This document shows, in pieces, positions 26,936 through 37,301 of a DNA stretch of 64,000 bases. The stretch is from Candidatus Delongbacteria bacterium (lineage in GTDB: Bacteria; CAIWAD01): the NCBI GenBank assembly GCA_963663545.1, contig OY760505.1:3296001-3360000 (forward strand), written 5' to 3'. Within the stretch, counting starts at the first letter, position 1, and the number at the start of each line of letters is the position of its first letter. Position numbers and translations under genes: made by a program. Under the pieces are notes generated by a model. It made no database searches. It was not told where the DNA came from and saw only the letters and a program-made list of their open reading frames with translations.

Positions 26936-29404
26936 ATGACACGCAGAGTAATTCGGATTCAAGCAGGAACACTAGGCAAGGTACTCATCACGCTGGCATT
27001 GCCGTTGTTGATGGCGGTTGCGGCAGTGGCCAATGTGCTAAGGGTGCCGGAAGACTACACCGGCATCCAAGCGGCCATGAACGCCACTGCCGCAGGCGAT
27101 ACAGTTCTCGTTAACCGTGGAACGTGGACGGGGCTCCTCGAGAGCCCTGTCCATGCCCTCACTCTTGCTTCACATTTTCTGTACTCTTCTGACACGACTG
27201 ATATCCACTCCACTGTGCTGGATGGTGAGCATGCAGGTACTATCCTTCGAGTCAGCAATAGCGCCTACGTAGAGAGGCTTCGGGTCGTAGGCTTGACCTT
27301 TTCTCATGGCCAAGGTGTTTCAAATGGGAACAACCCCCAGCAGAATATTGGAGGCGCAATACATGCTCCTGACGGTGCAAGTCTGACGATCGAGAACTGT
27401 GTTTTTGATGGAAATCGAGCTGAGAGATCTGCAAGCGATTTGTTTTTTGCTTCTGAGGACGTCACTGCCACATATGGCTCTTTGACCATTCGTAATATTC
27501 GCATTCGGAATTCTAGGAATGACGCTCGCAGGGGAGCGTCAATGTTTGTGTTCATTGAACGGAAGCAGTTGTTTTTTACAGACGTTAGTATTGATGCAAG
27601 TGAGTCTACGGCGCGGTGGCCTTTTATGCTGGCCGTAATTGATCCAGACACCTTTCTTTGTACTGATATTGAAGTGTTTAATGCTGACAGTTCCAACTTG
27701 TCGTTCGAGATCGTTTCTAGTGAAAACAGAGAGGCTACTATCTCAAACATTCGTACGTACACATCCGGCCTCCGAAAAGGATGTGGCGTATCATTTTTAG
27801 CAACGTCATCGAATGAGAGTGTTGTGACACTTTCTTTGCGCAACATTGATGTTTCGGGCGTTGTGGATGCCTTGCCCGTTTATGTGTCTAACCAGGGGAG
27901 GACAGTATGTGACTATCTTCGTGTTGCCGACTGCAGACGAGCCGACCACAACCTTGTGAGAATGAACCTGATAGAAGGTGAGGGAGAGTTACGTCACTTC
28001 GTTATGGAGAATTGCGTTTGCGGCGATAGTGTCTCAATGCCAGATCACATGGTTGAATGCCGGAACATGAATCTGTACGATGTGGCATTGTCAGACAACA
28101 CGCTTGTGCTTCCTGCAAGTGACAATGTCTCTGACGACAGAGGAAACCATATCGATGGCGCATTCATATGGGTTCATAATATGGATAGTCCGGGAGTTAT
28201 TGACGGATTCACATCCGAGGGTAATCTGCTAGTTGATCTTGACGATTACAGTAACCTGCACCCCATTCGTGCCCCCCACGAAAACGACGGACGGGAGTTG
28301 TTGTTTTACTCTCCTGAGTCCATCGTTTTGAGAAATGCTGTCATCAGGAATAGTCGTCAGCCCAATCACACACCAGAGCTTTACACGCCAACTTACATGG
28401 ACGTTTCTACATCAGGGAGCTGTGTCTACTTGTACGCGCCAAGTGTCTTTGTGGATGGCTTGAAGATGGAAGATTGTGATGATGGGGGACTAATGATAGG
28501 TAGCGGTGATACGCTACTAATTCAGAACTCTGTCTTTCGGAATGTTGCCAGAACAGGCATGAAGATTGGTGGTATTGCCCTGCTGAGGAATGTGCTCTTC
28601 GATAACATTGATGCGCAAGACAATTACCTAACGGCTGGCTTTGCGGACTATACACGGCAGTCGGCCATATACTACGGGGGTGGTGACGAATGCGCACTAC
28701 ACTGCGAGAATGTGACCTTCACTAATTGTGATGATATGCGTAGGCCAATCGGACTTAACCCATACGTTGACGCAAGCTTTTCTGCAAGTAATACAGTTAT
28801 TGCAGGCAACACATATGAGATGCTGATCGAGGGGCCTGCGACTGAATCCTGGTCCCACTGCTACGTTCAGGAAGCCGTCGAGGGCGAAGGCAACCTCATC
28901 GGCAACGATCCCCTCTTCGATCCCGAGCGCGGCATTCCCTTCTTGGCCCCTAACTCCCCGTGCATTGACGCTGGCAACCCTGACGCGGCCTACAACGACA
29001 TCGAAGACCCCGAAGCTCCCGGCTTCGCCCTCTGGCCTTCCCAGGGCGGCTTGCGCAACGATATCGGCTGCACTGGCGGCCCCTTCGCCAACGACTCGAT
29101 GTTTGTCAGCGTCGCGCCCGCACGACCGATCACCCTCCCCACTTCCCCCACTCTGGGCGACGCCTATCCAAACCCCTTCAACCCAATAACCACCATTCCC
29201 TTCACCCTGTCCCAACCAGGTCACTTCACCCTGCAGGCCTACAACCTCCGCGGCCAGCTGGTTGCGACTCTCGCTGAGGGCGAGTTCCTCGCCGGCGAGC
29301 ATCGTGTCACATTTGATGGCGCAGCATTGGCCAGCGGCGTGTACCTGATTCGCCTAAGTGGAGAAGGTGTAGCGGAGACAAGGAAAGCGCTGCTTCTTAA
29401 ATGA
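26936..29404 (+). CDS. Secreted beta-helix-like protein with T9SS type A (FlgD-Ig-like) C-terminal domain
   Basis: Signal peptide; VPEDYTGIQAA...GDTVLV; SPCIDAG; AYPNPFNP...YNLRGQLV...LASGVYLIRL...KALLLK. Confidence 0.85.
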   Translation: MTRRVIRIQAGTLGKVLITLALPLLMAVAAVANVLRVPEDYTGIQAAMNATAAGDTVLVNRGTWTGLLESPVHALTLASHFLYSSDTTDIHSTVLDGEHAGTILRVSNSAYVERLRVVGLTFSHGQGVSNGNNPQQNIGGAIHAPDGASLTIENCVFDGNRAERSASDLFFASEDVTATYGSLTIRNIRIRNSRNDARRGASMFVFIERKQLFFTDVSIDASESTARWPFMLAVIDPDTFLCTDIEVFNADSSNLSFEIVSSENREATISNIRTYTSGLRKGCGVSFLATSSNESVVTLSLRNIDVSGVVDALPVYVSNQGRTVCDYLRVADCRRADHNLVRMNLIEGEGELRHFVMENCVCGDSVSMPDHMVECRNMNLYDVALSDNTLVLPASDNVSDDRGNHIDGAFIWVHNMDSPGVIDGFTSEGNLLVDLDDYSNLHPIRAPHENDGRELLFYSPESIVLRNAVIRNSRQPNHTPELYTPTYMDVSTSGSCVYLYAPSVFVDGLKMEDCDDGGLMIGSGDTLLIQNSVFRNVARTGMKIGGIALLRNVLFDNIDAQDNYLTAGFADYTRQSAIYYGGGDECALHCENVTFTNCDDMRRPIGLNPYVDASFSASNTVIAGNTYEMLIEGPATESWSHCYVQEAVEGEGNLIGNDPLFDPERGIPFLAPNSPCIDAGNPDAAYNDIEDPEAPGFALWPSQGGLRNDIGCTGGPFANDSMFVSVAPARPITLPTSPTLGDAYPNPFNPITTIPFTLSQPGHFTLQAYNLRGQLVATLAEGEFLAGEHRVTFDGAALASGVYLIRLSGEGVAETRKALLLK

Positions 29405-29423
29405 CATGACCGCGAGCAAAACC

Positions 29424-29682
29424 TGAAGGCCAAGAGGAGATTTCTCGCGAATTCGCAGTGTTGCCATTCAGCTCACACTGCGTGCGAGGAATCTCCGAAC
29501 GACTAGACGCCGGGCTATGCCGAGTGTCTAATCGGCGGTGTCAACGCCATATGCCACGACACACTTTGTTGCACCAAAGAAAAGTAGGTCCCACGTCGCG
29601 TCAGCGGCGCCTCGCTGCTTCTGCAGCTACCCACGCCGCGCGTCAGCGCCAGCTCGTCGCAGACGAAAGCCCGCCGCAGGCG
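29424..29682. repeat. Mosaic hairpin array, copy C (module Z plus inverted degenerate pieces)
   Basis: 34/35 nt identical to 7584-7618; 29669-29682 is the reverse complement of 7312-7325. Confidence 0.75.
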
Positions 29683-29812
29683 ACAAGCTTCAGCTTGGCG
29701 ATTTTCCGCTTTCGTGATACATTAGCACCCGCATCCGGCACGAGGCAGATCCCGCGGCGAGCGGCGAACCGTGCTGGGCGCATGACCTGTCGGGATCATC
29801 GTTTTCGCGTGG

Positions 29813-30775
29813 ATGTTCATGGCGCAGTCTTTGTCGACATCCCTTGAGTCCTGCAACTGCTGCCCGCGCGCCTGTGGCTTCAATCGGCTGGCGGGGGAGA
29901 CGGGTTTCTGCGGCGTACCCGCCGGTTTGTGGGTCGCCCACGCGGGGCTGCATTTCGGTGAGGAACCTCCGCTTTCCGGCACGCGCGGCTCGGGCACGGT
30001 CTTCTTCAGCGGCTGCAATCTGCGCTGCGTGTTCTGTCAGAATCACCAGATCAGCCAGGATTTCCGTCTGGCGGACAGCGTGTTATACTCGCCCTCCTCA
30101 CTGGCCGAGGTCTTGCTTCAGTTGCAGGCATCGGGCGCGCACAACGTCAACCTTGTCTCCCCTTCGCACATGGTCTGCGAGCTGCCGGAAGCGCTGTGGC
30201 TGGCGCGCGCGGGTGGACTAAGCGTGCCGGTGGTCTGGAACTCGGGCGGTTACGATTCGCCGGACGTGCTGGCGCTACTGGCCGGGTTGGTGGACGTCTA
30301 CCTGCCCGATTTGAAGTACATGCAGGCTGAACCCGCACTGCGCTATTCGGCCGCCAGCGATTATCCGGAGGTGGCTCGCGCCGCTCTACATGCCATGTTC
30401 GCGCAAGTGGGCTTACTGCAATTGGACGCGGACGGCATTGCCGAGCGCGGCCTGCTGGTGCGCCACCTGGTATTGCCGGGACATCTTGAGAACAGCCGCC
30501 GCTGCCTGGATTTCCTGGCGGAGCTATCGCCGGAGATCCACATCAGCTTGATGTCGCAGTATTCGCCGCAACACCTGGCTCAACAGCACCCCGCTCTCCG
30601 GCGGAGTCTGCGGGTGGCGGAGTACGAGTCCATTTGCGAGTACGCCCTCAACCTGGGGTTGAGCCATGTGTTCGTGCAGGAGTTGGCTAGTCAGCAAAGC
30701 TATCTGCCGAATTTCAAATGCGACATGCCCTTTGGACCGCCGGACCCGTTCGGCGGCAAACCCACATCAGCCTGA
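29813..30775 (+). CDS. Radical SAM protein (PflX-like)
   Basis: CNCCPRAC; HFGEEPPLSG; CNLRCVFCQN; YLPDLKY; LVRHLVLPG. Confidence 0.88.
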   Translation: MFMAQSLSTSLESCNCCPRACGFNRLAGETGFCGVPAGLWVAHAGLHFGEEPPLSGTRGSGTVFFSGCNLRCVFCQNHQISQDFRLADSVLYSPSSLAEVLLQLQASGAHNVNLVSPSHMVCELPEALWLARAGGLSVPVVWNSGGYDSPDVLALLAGLVDVYLPDLKYMQAEPALRYSAASDYPEVARAALHAMFAQVGLLQLDADGIAERGLLVRHLVLPGHLENSRRCLDFLAELSPEIHISLMSQYSPQHLAQQHPALRRSLRVAEYESICEYALNLGLSHVFVQELASQQSYLPNFKCDMPFGPPDPFGGKPTSA

Positions 30776-30876
30776 TTTGCCGAAGACGCACTTTCTCTCT
30801 CGCCTGACTTGTCTGGATTCCGTATTTTGACGCAGCCCTGCACGCAACCACATCGGACTGCTTCTCGCTGCATCAA

Positions 30877-30986
30877 TAGGAGTACTCAGAAGTTCTGTCC
30901 AACCTCTTTGCCTGGATCTATCGTAAATGCTGATATTGCAATCATTTGATTGGCGATTCGTTGGACAGAACATTCAAGTACTCCTA
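30877..30986. mobile_element. 110-bp MITE, copy 1
   Basis: 27-bp terminal IRs (23/27 match) starting and ending with TA; 108/110 identical to the reverse complement of 43408-43517. Confidence 0.88.
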
Positions 30987-31024
30987 TACTAGACGGTCGT
31001 ATACCTTTACCTAAGGTGGACCCC

Positions 31025-34000
31025 ATGAGAACACGCCTCTCGCCTTTGCTGTTCGTCCTCCTGATTCTGCTGTCCGTGTCTGGAGCATTTGCGGCGCAGC
31101 CACTGCGCGTTGGCGTCTATCAGAATCCGCCCAAGGTCTTTCAGGCCGCCGATGGCCATGCCACCGGCATTTTCCCCGAACTGCTTTACGAGATCGCCCA
31201 AGAGCACGACTGGCACCTCGACTACGTCTGGGGCACCTGGCAGGAGTGCCTGGACCGCCTGGCGCAGGGCGAGATTGATCTGCTGGTGGACGTGGCCGTC
31301 TCGGAGGAGCGCAAGCAGCACTTCGCCTTTTCCAGCGAGCCCGTGCTCGTCGATTGGGGCACCGTCTTCAGTCGTCCCGATCTCAGCGTTGACTCCTTTC
31401 TGGACCTGGAAGGCCGCAGCGTGGCCGTCATGCGCGGCAGCATTCACACCGAGGGCGACCAGGGCATTAGAACTCTGCTGACCCAATTCGGCGTCACCTG
31501 CGACTTCATCGAGGTGGACGACTATCATCAAGTGCTGCTGCTGGTGGATTCTCGTCAGGCGGACGTGGGCGTGGTCAACCGTCTTTTCGCTTCGCTGCAT
31601 GCGGGTGATTTCGATGTGCGGTCCTCGCCCTTGCTGTTCAATCCGCGCATTTTTGAGTTCGCCAGCTCGCGCTCGTCGCAGATCGGCAGGAGCGCGCTAC
31701 AAGTGCTCGACGAGAGTCTGGCCCACGCCAAAGCGCAGCCCAATTCCACCTACCATAAAGTGCTCGCCTACTACTTGAGCGGTGGAACGGAGCAGGCCAT
31801 GGGCGAGGTGCCCTGGGTCTACAATCAACTCGAGCTGAGTCCCGCAGAGAGCCGCTGGATTAGCGAGCATTCGGTGATCCGCTTTGCCATCGACGAGGGC
31901 TTTGCGCCCTTTGAATACATCGATAGTGAGGGCGTCTATCGCGGCATGTCGGCGGATTTTCTGCAGATCATCAGCCGCATGACGGGCCTGCAGTTCGAGC
32001 GCGAGACCCACGACTCCTGGACGACGAGCATCGAAGCGCTTCGCCAGCATCAGATCGACCTGCTTCCCTGCCTGGGTGAAAGCGAGGAGCGCCAGCGCTT
32101 TCTGGACTACAGTGATCCTTATCTGAAGTTTGCACGCGTCATTGTCAGTCGCATCGATTCGCCGGTCTCCAGCCTGGAGGACCTGGCCGTCTTGCGCGTC
32201 GCCGTTCAACGCAACAGCTCACATCACGCCTATTTGAGCGAGCACACAAGCCTGCAACCGGAACTCTACGATACTTTTGAGGAGGGCCTGCTGGCCCTTT
32301 CGCGAGGTGAAGTGGACGCGGTGCTGGGCAATCTGGCGGTGGCAACGCATTTCATCCAGAACCTGGCGCTGACCAATCTGAAGCTGGCCGCCTACGCATC
32401 GCCGGAGCCGCAATCGCTTTCCTTTGGCGTGCGCAAGGATTGGCCGGAGCTGACTGCTCTTCTCAATCGGGCCTTGGCCTCCATCAGCATGCAGCAGCGC
32501 AATCAGCTGTTGGCCAAGTGGCTGCCCCTGCCGCGCGCGGCCGACTCCGCCCTGGATCTGACGCAGGGGGAGCGCGAATGGCTGCTCATGCACCCGCGCA
32601 TTCGCGTCGGCTGGGATTCCAACTGGGCGCCCGTCGAGTTTGTAGACGAGAATGGTGAGCCGCAGGGCATCTCCATTGAGCATCTACGCGCGCTGGAATC
32701 CATGCTGGGCATTGATTTTGAGCTCTGTGAAGCGGACAGTTGGCAGAACGTATACCGACGTCTGCAGGAGCGCGAACTGGATATGAGTTCCTGTCTGGCG
32801 GTCACTCCCGAGCGGCTGCAGTATCTGGATTTTACCGACGAATACTTGAGCTCACCGGTCGTGATGTTTGCTCGCGACGACATGAGCTATCTGCCGAGCG
32901 TGGATGAAATTGCAGGAATGCGCGTGGCGGTAGTGCAGGGCTACGCGACGGAGGAATGGCTGCGGCGGGACTTTCCCGGTCTGGAGTTCAAACGCGCCTC
33001 GACCCTTACTGCGGCGCTGGAGATGCTGAAGCGCAGGGAGGTGGATGTTTTCGTGGGCAGCGTGCTGCCGGGCAACTACTATCTGTGCCAGCCACGCTAT
33101 CGTAACATCAAGATCGTCGGCGAAACTCCCTACGTCTACAAACTGCGCATGGCGGTGCGCAAGGACTGGCCGCTGTTTGCGCGCATTCTGCAGAAATCGC
33201 TGAACGCGCTGCCGGAGACCGACCGGACCTCCTTCTACCGCAAATGGGTCTGGTTGCGCTACGAGCACGGCTTTGACTACGCCCTCATTGCGAAAATCCT
33301 GGGTTTGGCCCTGCTGGTGATTGCGGCCTTTGCCTGGTGGAACCGTCGTCTCAGCCGCGAGGTGCGCGCACGCAAGGAAGCCCAGGCAGCTCTGGAGGAG
33401 CGCAAGCAAGCGCTGCGTAAAAGCTATACGGAGCTGAAGCAGCTGGAGGAGCTGAAGGAGAACCTGACGCACATGATCGTGCACGACATTCGCTCGCCGC
33501 TTTCCGTGATCACCGGCTCGCTGGACTTGATGGAGCAGAGTGGACAGGGAAGCAAGGAGGAGCTGGATGTGGCCCGGGTGGGCGCTCAGCGCGTGACGGC
33601 CATGGCGCAGTCGCTGCTGGATATCTGTCGCCTCGAAGAGGGCAGGATGCCCTTGCATCGTGTGGAGACAGATCTGTCCGCAGTCGTTCGGGAGGCGCTG
33701 CACGCCATGGAGACCCAGTCGCGCGTGGCCCGTGTGAGTCTGGCTTTTCTGGGTGGTACTCTGCAATGCAGTTGCGATGCCGATCTGCTGCACCGCGTGC
33801 TGGTCAACCTGCTCAGCAATGCCATTCGCGCCAGCGAAGAAGGCCAGCGCGTGGAGGTGCTCCTGCGCGAGGAGGCGGGCAAAGCCCTTGTTGAGGTGCG
33901 CGACAGCGGTCGCGGCATTCCGCGTGAGTTTCACGCCAGCCTGTTCGAGAAATTCAGTACCGCCGAATCCCCAGTCAACCGCAGAAGCTCGGTGGGGCTG

Positions 34001-34123
34001 GGGTTGGCCTTCTGCAAGCTGGCGGTGGAGGCCCATGGTGGCAACATTTCCGTGGACAGCGAGCCCGGCCGGGGCAGCGTCTTTCGCATCGAGTTGCCAG
34101 GTCCGGCCAAGGCAGGTGCGTGA
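31025..34123 (+). CDS. Sensor histidine kinase with three periplasmic solute-binding (PBPb) domains
   Basis: Three LRVG/IRFA/IRVG PBP repeats; TM; HDIRSPL; NLLSNA; DSGRG; GLGLAFC. Confidence 0.9.
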   Translation: MRTRLSPLLFVLLILLSVSGAFAAQPLRVGVYQNPPKVFQAADGHATGIFPELLYEIAQEHDWHLDYVWGTWQECLDRLAQGEIDLLVDVAVSEERKQHFAFSSEPVLVDWGTVFSRPDLSVDSFLDLEGRSVAVMRGSIHTEGDQGIRTLLTQFGVTCDFIEVDDYHQVLLLVDSRQADVGVVNRLFASLHAGDFDVRSSPLLFNPRIFEFASSRSSQIGRSALQVLDESLAHAKAQPNSTYHKVLAYYLSGGTEQAMGEVPWVYNQLELSPAESRWISEHSVIRFAIDEGFAPFEYIDSEGVYRGMSADFLQIISRMTGLQFERETHDSWTTSIEALRQHQIDLLPCLGESEERQRFLDYSDPYLKFARVIVSRIDSPVSSLEDLAVLRVAVQRNSSHHAYLSEHTSLQPELYDTFEEGLLALSRGEVDAVLGNLAVATHFIQNLALTNLKLAAYASPEPQSLSFGVRKDWPELTALLNRALASISMQQRNQLLAKWLPLPRAADSALDLTQGEREWLLMHPRIRVGWDSNWAPVEFVDENGEPQGISIEHLRALESMLGIDFELCEADSWQNVYRRLQERELDMSSCLAVTPERLQYLDFTDEYLSSPVVMFARDDMSYLPSVDEIAGMRVAVVQGYATEEWLRRDFPGLEFKRASTLTAALEMLKRREVDVFVGSVLPGNYYLCQPRYRNIKIVGETPYVYKLRMAVRKDWPLFARILQKSLNALPETDRTSFYRKWVWLRYEHGFDYALIAKILGLALLVIAAFAWWNRRLSREVRARKEAQAALEERKQALRKSYTELKQLEELKENLTHMIVHDIRSPLSVITGSLDLMEQSGQGSKEELDVARVGAQRVTAMAQSLLDICRLEEGRMPLHRVETDLSAVVREALHAMETQSRVARVSLAFLGGTLQCSCDADLLHRVLVNLLSNAIRASEEGQRVEVLLREEAGKALVEVRDSGRGIPREFHASLFEKFSTAESPVNRRSSVGLGLAFCKLAVEAHGGNISVDSEPGRGSVFRIELPGPAKAGA

Positions 34124-34162
34124 GTTCGCTCAATCATCCAGGTTATATTCAAGGGAGGAAGG

Positions 34163-35191
34163 GTGCGACAAGTTTTCTTCTTTGCCTTGGTGCTGAATTT
34201 GATCTGCGCCGGACGGGCGTCGGCGGTGATGCTCGAGGCGTTTCAATCGGTCCTTTCCTACATGCTCCCGGGGGAAGGCCGCTGGGTGCCGGTGGACTTT
34301 CGCTGCGATAGCATGCAGCACGAAATGCACGAGACCTTTGCCCTCGCACCCTCGCATGCAGAGGACGCAACATATCCACGCATCAGCCTGCATTATCAAG
34401 AGTTTGCCAGAGAGCAGAATCCGGTGGAAGCGCTGTTTGCGCAAACCCGATCCCTCGACTCCAAGGGGGAATGCCTGCGAAGCTGGACCGGCAAGGGGGA
34501 GCGCTTTCTCTTTCTGGGCCTGAGCGAGATGGAGTGGCGCTATCAACGCGACGGGCGCAGTTTGCACGGAATCTGGGCCTGCTATTCGTGCGGCAAAGCA
34601 CTGTTGACCGTCTCTTGCGAAGCGGAGGCGGGGGCCGCTTTCGAGAAGCGCGAGGAGTTTGAGCGAATGCTGGAGAGCGTGCAGCTTCGTCCTCTGGACA
34701 AAGGCGGACGATTGCTGCTGGAAGGCGCTGTGCTGCAGCCCGGAGCCGAGGCAATTGCGCTGCATTTGGAGTATCAGCAACTCCAGCCCACCGATCCCTA
34801 CGGCTACTATCACCTGGCGGGTGTGTACGCCCTCATGGCGGAGCCTGACTTGGCTCTGCAGGAGCTGAATCGTGCCCTTGAGCTGTATCCGCAAATGCAG
34901 GAAGCCGTTTGCAGCCGCGCTCTATGCTACCAGATGCTTGGCGATTGCACTCGCGCCCTGCCTGACTACGCGCGTTGTCTTGAGCTGAACACGGACCAGT
35001 GTCACCACTTCTACAATCAGGCCTGTTGCCTTGCGGTCTCCGGCGAAGTGGAGCTGGCGCTTGTGCAGCTTCGTCAGGCATTGGCTTGCGGTTACGACAA
35101 CTGGGAACTGTTGGAGTCCGATTCGGATCTGGAACCCGTACGGGCGACGGAGGAATTCCTGGAGTTACAACAGGAGTTCCGGCAGCACTGA
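34163..35191 (+). CDS. Exported TPR-repeat protein
   Basis: Signal-like N-terminus; YYHLAGVYA, YNQACCLA...DSDLEPVR TPR end. Confidence 0.75.
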   Translation: MRQVFFFALVLNLICAGRASAVMLEAFQSVLSYMLPGEGRWVPVDFRCDSMQHEMHETFALAPSHAEDATYPRISLHYQEFAREQNPVEALFAQTRSLDSKGECLRSWTGKGERFLFLGLSEMEWRYQRDGRSLHGIWACYSCGKALLTVSCEAEAGAAFEKREEFERMLESVQLRPLDKGGRLLLEGAVLQPGAEAIALHLEYQQLQPTDPYGYYHLAGVYALMAEPDLALQELNRALELYPQMQEAVCSRALCYQMLGDCTRALPDYARCLELNTDQCHHFYNQACCLAVSGEVELALVQLRQALACGYDNWELLESDSDLEPVRATEEFLELQQEFRQH

Positions 35192-35240
35192 GGAGGATAC
35201 GTCCACTTGTGTGAGCCTAATGAGCTGGCGAATGTGCACT

Positions 35241-36272
35241 CTACATCAACCCGCTTAGCCCTTGGGCCAGCAGCGAAACCAGCGCCACCGCCACCCAGCA
35301 GGCAAGTCCCAGCAGAATTGGTCGTTTGCCGTTTTTCAGCAGCCGTCCAAGATCCGTCGACAGACCGATGGCGCTCATGGCCATCACGATCATGAAGCTG
35401 CCCGCTTGCACGGCGCCCGTCGACCAGCCCGTCGGAATCCTCAGCGTGGAATTGGCCACCGCCGCCAGCAGAAAGCCGATCACGAACCAGGGGAAAATGC
35501 GCACGAAGGAGTAGCCGCTTCCAGAAGCGGAGTCGGCCAGCGCTGTCCGCCGCACTCGTCGAGCTTCATAAAGGGCCAGCACCAGGGTAATGGGTACGAT
35601 CATCAGAGTGCGTGTCAGCTTGACGATGGTTGCCAGCGAAAGGGCTGTGGTGTTGCCCGCTGCCTGGCTCCAGGCGGAGGCGGTGGCGACAACGGAGCTG
35701 GTGTCGTTGACGGCGGTGCCAGCCCAAACGCCGAAACCCTCGTCGCTCAAACCCAGCATGTGTCCGAGGGCTGGAAAGAGGAAGACGGCGAGGATATTGA
35801 AGAGGAAGATGGTGGAGATGGACTGGGCCACTTCCTCGTCGCGTGCGCCAATGACCGGCGAAGTGGCGGCGATGGCGCTGCCGCCGCAGATGGAAGTGCC
35901 GACGCCGATCAGCACTGCTTCTCGCGCGGGAACTCGTAGCAGGCGTGCCATCAGCGCGGCCGTCAGAAAGGACGCGCTCAGGGTGAAGGCCATCACTAGC
36001 AGCGAACGTGCCCCTACGGCAAGCACCAGCGCCATTTGCATTTTGAAGCCCAGCAGGATGATCGCCCACTGCAGCACTTTTTTACTAGTGAAGCGCACGC
36101 CCGCGTCCAGCGATGGCCTGTGCAGAAAGGGCCGGACCAGCATGCCCAGCACAATGCCGAAGACCGCGCCGCCGATGAGAGGAAAAGCCGTGCCGCCAAG
36201 GGTGGCCACAGTCGCCAGCAGTGCGCTGGCAAACAGTCCGGGCAGCAGTATCGATGCAGAAGTAGTTTTCAT
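35241..36272 (-). CDS. YeiH/UPF0324 membrane transporter
   Basis: GTSICGGSAIAA; AGTAVNDTSSVVA; VKLTR. Confidence 0.9.
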   Translation of the reverse strand: MKTTSASILLPGLFASALLATVATLGGTAFPLIGGAVFGIVLGMLVRPFLHRPSLDAGVRFTSKKVLQWAIILLGFKMQMALVLAVGARSLLVMAFTLSASFLTAALMARLLRVPAREAVLIGVGTSICGGSAIAATSPVIGARDEEVAQSISTIFLFNILAVFLFPALGHMLGLSDEGFGVWAGTAVNDTSSVVATASAWSQAAGNTTALSLATIVKLTRTLMIVPITLVLALYEARRVRRTALADSASGSGYSFVRIFPWFVIGFLLAAVANSTLRIPTGWSTGAVQAGSFMIVMAMSAIGLSTDLGRLLKNGKRPILLGLACWVAVALVSLLAQGLSGLM

Positions 36273-36362
36273 GCCGCATAGAATAGCGTTGGTGAACTAT
36301 TCTGTCCAATCATAAATTGGCATAGTTCTATTCGAATAATGCATAGAATCCAAGAGGTGGCC

Positions 36363-37247
36363 GTGCTTGATCCTCGTTTGCGTTCCTTTCTCGCCGTTTG
36401 CGCCGCAGGCAGTTTCAGTCGCGCGGCTGAGGTCGTGCATCTAACTCAACCCGCCCTCAGCCGTCATGTCAAAGAGCTGGAGCAGCGCCTGGGGGCAAAG
36501 CTCTTCGAGTACAGTCGCCGCACGCTACACATTACCGAAGCGGGTGAGCTTTTGCGTCGCTACGCCAGCCGGGCCGAGGCGGACGGACAGCGGACGGCGG
36601 CGCTGATTCGCGAGGGCGCGGGACGTTTTCCGCTTCGCATCGGCGCCACACGGACCATCGGCGAATACGTACTGCCGCGTCACATGGCCGCTTATCTGCG
36701 ACAGCAGCCCGACGCCGACCTCAGCCTGCGGGTAGACAACACTGACGCGCTGCTGCCAGCCTTGCGGGCCGGGGAGATCGATTTTGCTTTCATCGAGGGC
36801 GTCTTTGATCGCGAGGACTACGACACCGAGCTCTTTCTGCGCGCGGCCTTTTTTCCCGTTTGTGGGCAGGCCGATCCGCTTGCGACGGGCGGACCGCATC
36901 CGTTGAGCGAGCTGCTCGCTCGCAGGTTGATCGTGCGGGAAAAAGGAAGCGGTTCGCGCCTGCTGCTGGAGCGCACGCTGGAGGCCTCCAACCGTTATCT
37001 CAGCCACTTCAGCAGCGTGCTGGAGTTGGGCAATCTGGAGGCCATCAAGGATCTGGTCGCCGAAGGGCTGGGCCTGGCCTTCCTCTACGAGCAGTCGGTG
37101 GAGAAGGAACTGTCGGCGGGGCGCCTGTGCCGCATCGCCTTGGAGGGCTTTCCCGTGATTCACGACTATTCCTTTGTCACCCTCAAGGACAGCCTTTACG
37201 CGGAGCGCTACCTGGAGTTTCTGCGCTTCTGCCGGGGCGAAGCGTGA
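36363..37247 (+). CDS. LysR-family regulator (YeiE/CysL-like), divergent from the transporter
   Basis: SFSRAAEVVHLTQPALSRHVKELE; GATRTIGEY; REKGSGSR. Confidence 0.92.
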   Translation: MLDPRLRSFLAVCAAGSFSRAAEVVHLTQPALSRHVKELEQRLGAKLFEYSRRTLHITEAGELLRRYASRAEADGQRTAALIREGAGRFPLRIGATRTIGEYVLPRHMAAYLRQQPDADLSLRVDNTDALLPALRAGEIDFAFIEGVFDREDYDTELFLRAAFFPVCGQADPLATGGPHPLSELLARRLIVREKGSGSRLLLERTLEASNRYLSHFSSVLELGNLEAIKDLVAEGLGLAFLYEQSVEKELSAGRLCRIALEGFPVIHDYSFVTLKDSLYAERYLEFLRFCRGEA

Positions 37248-37301
37248 GCACCGGACTTGTATTGATTCGGAAGTGAGCGGTCAAGCAAAGGTGGGGCGAG
37301 C

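Noticed and set aside
26936..29700. Diversity-generating retroelement target
   Set aside because: No reverse transcriptase and no template/variable repeat pair differing at adenines in the window
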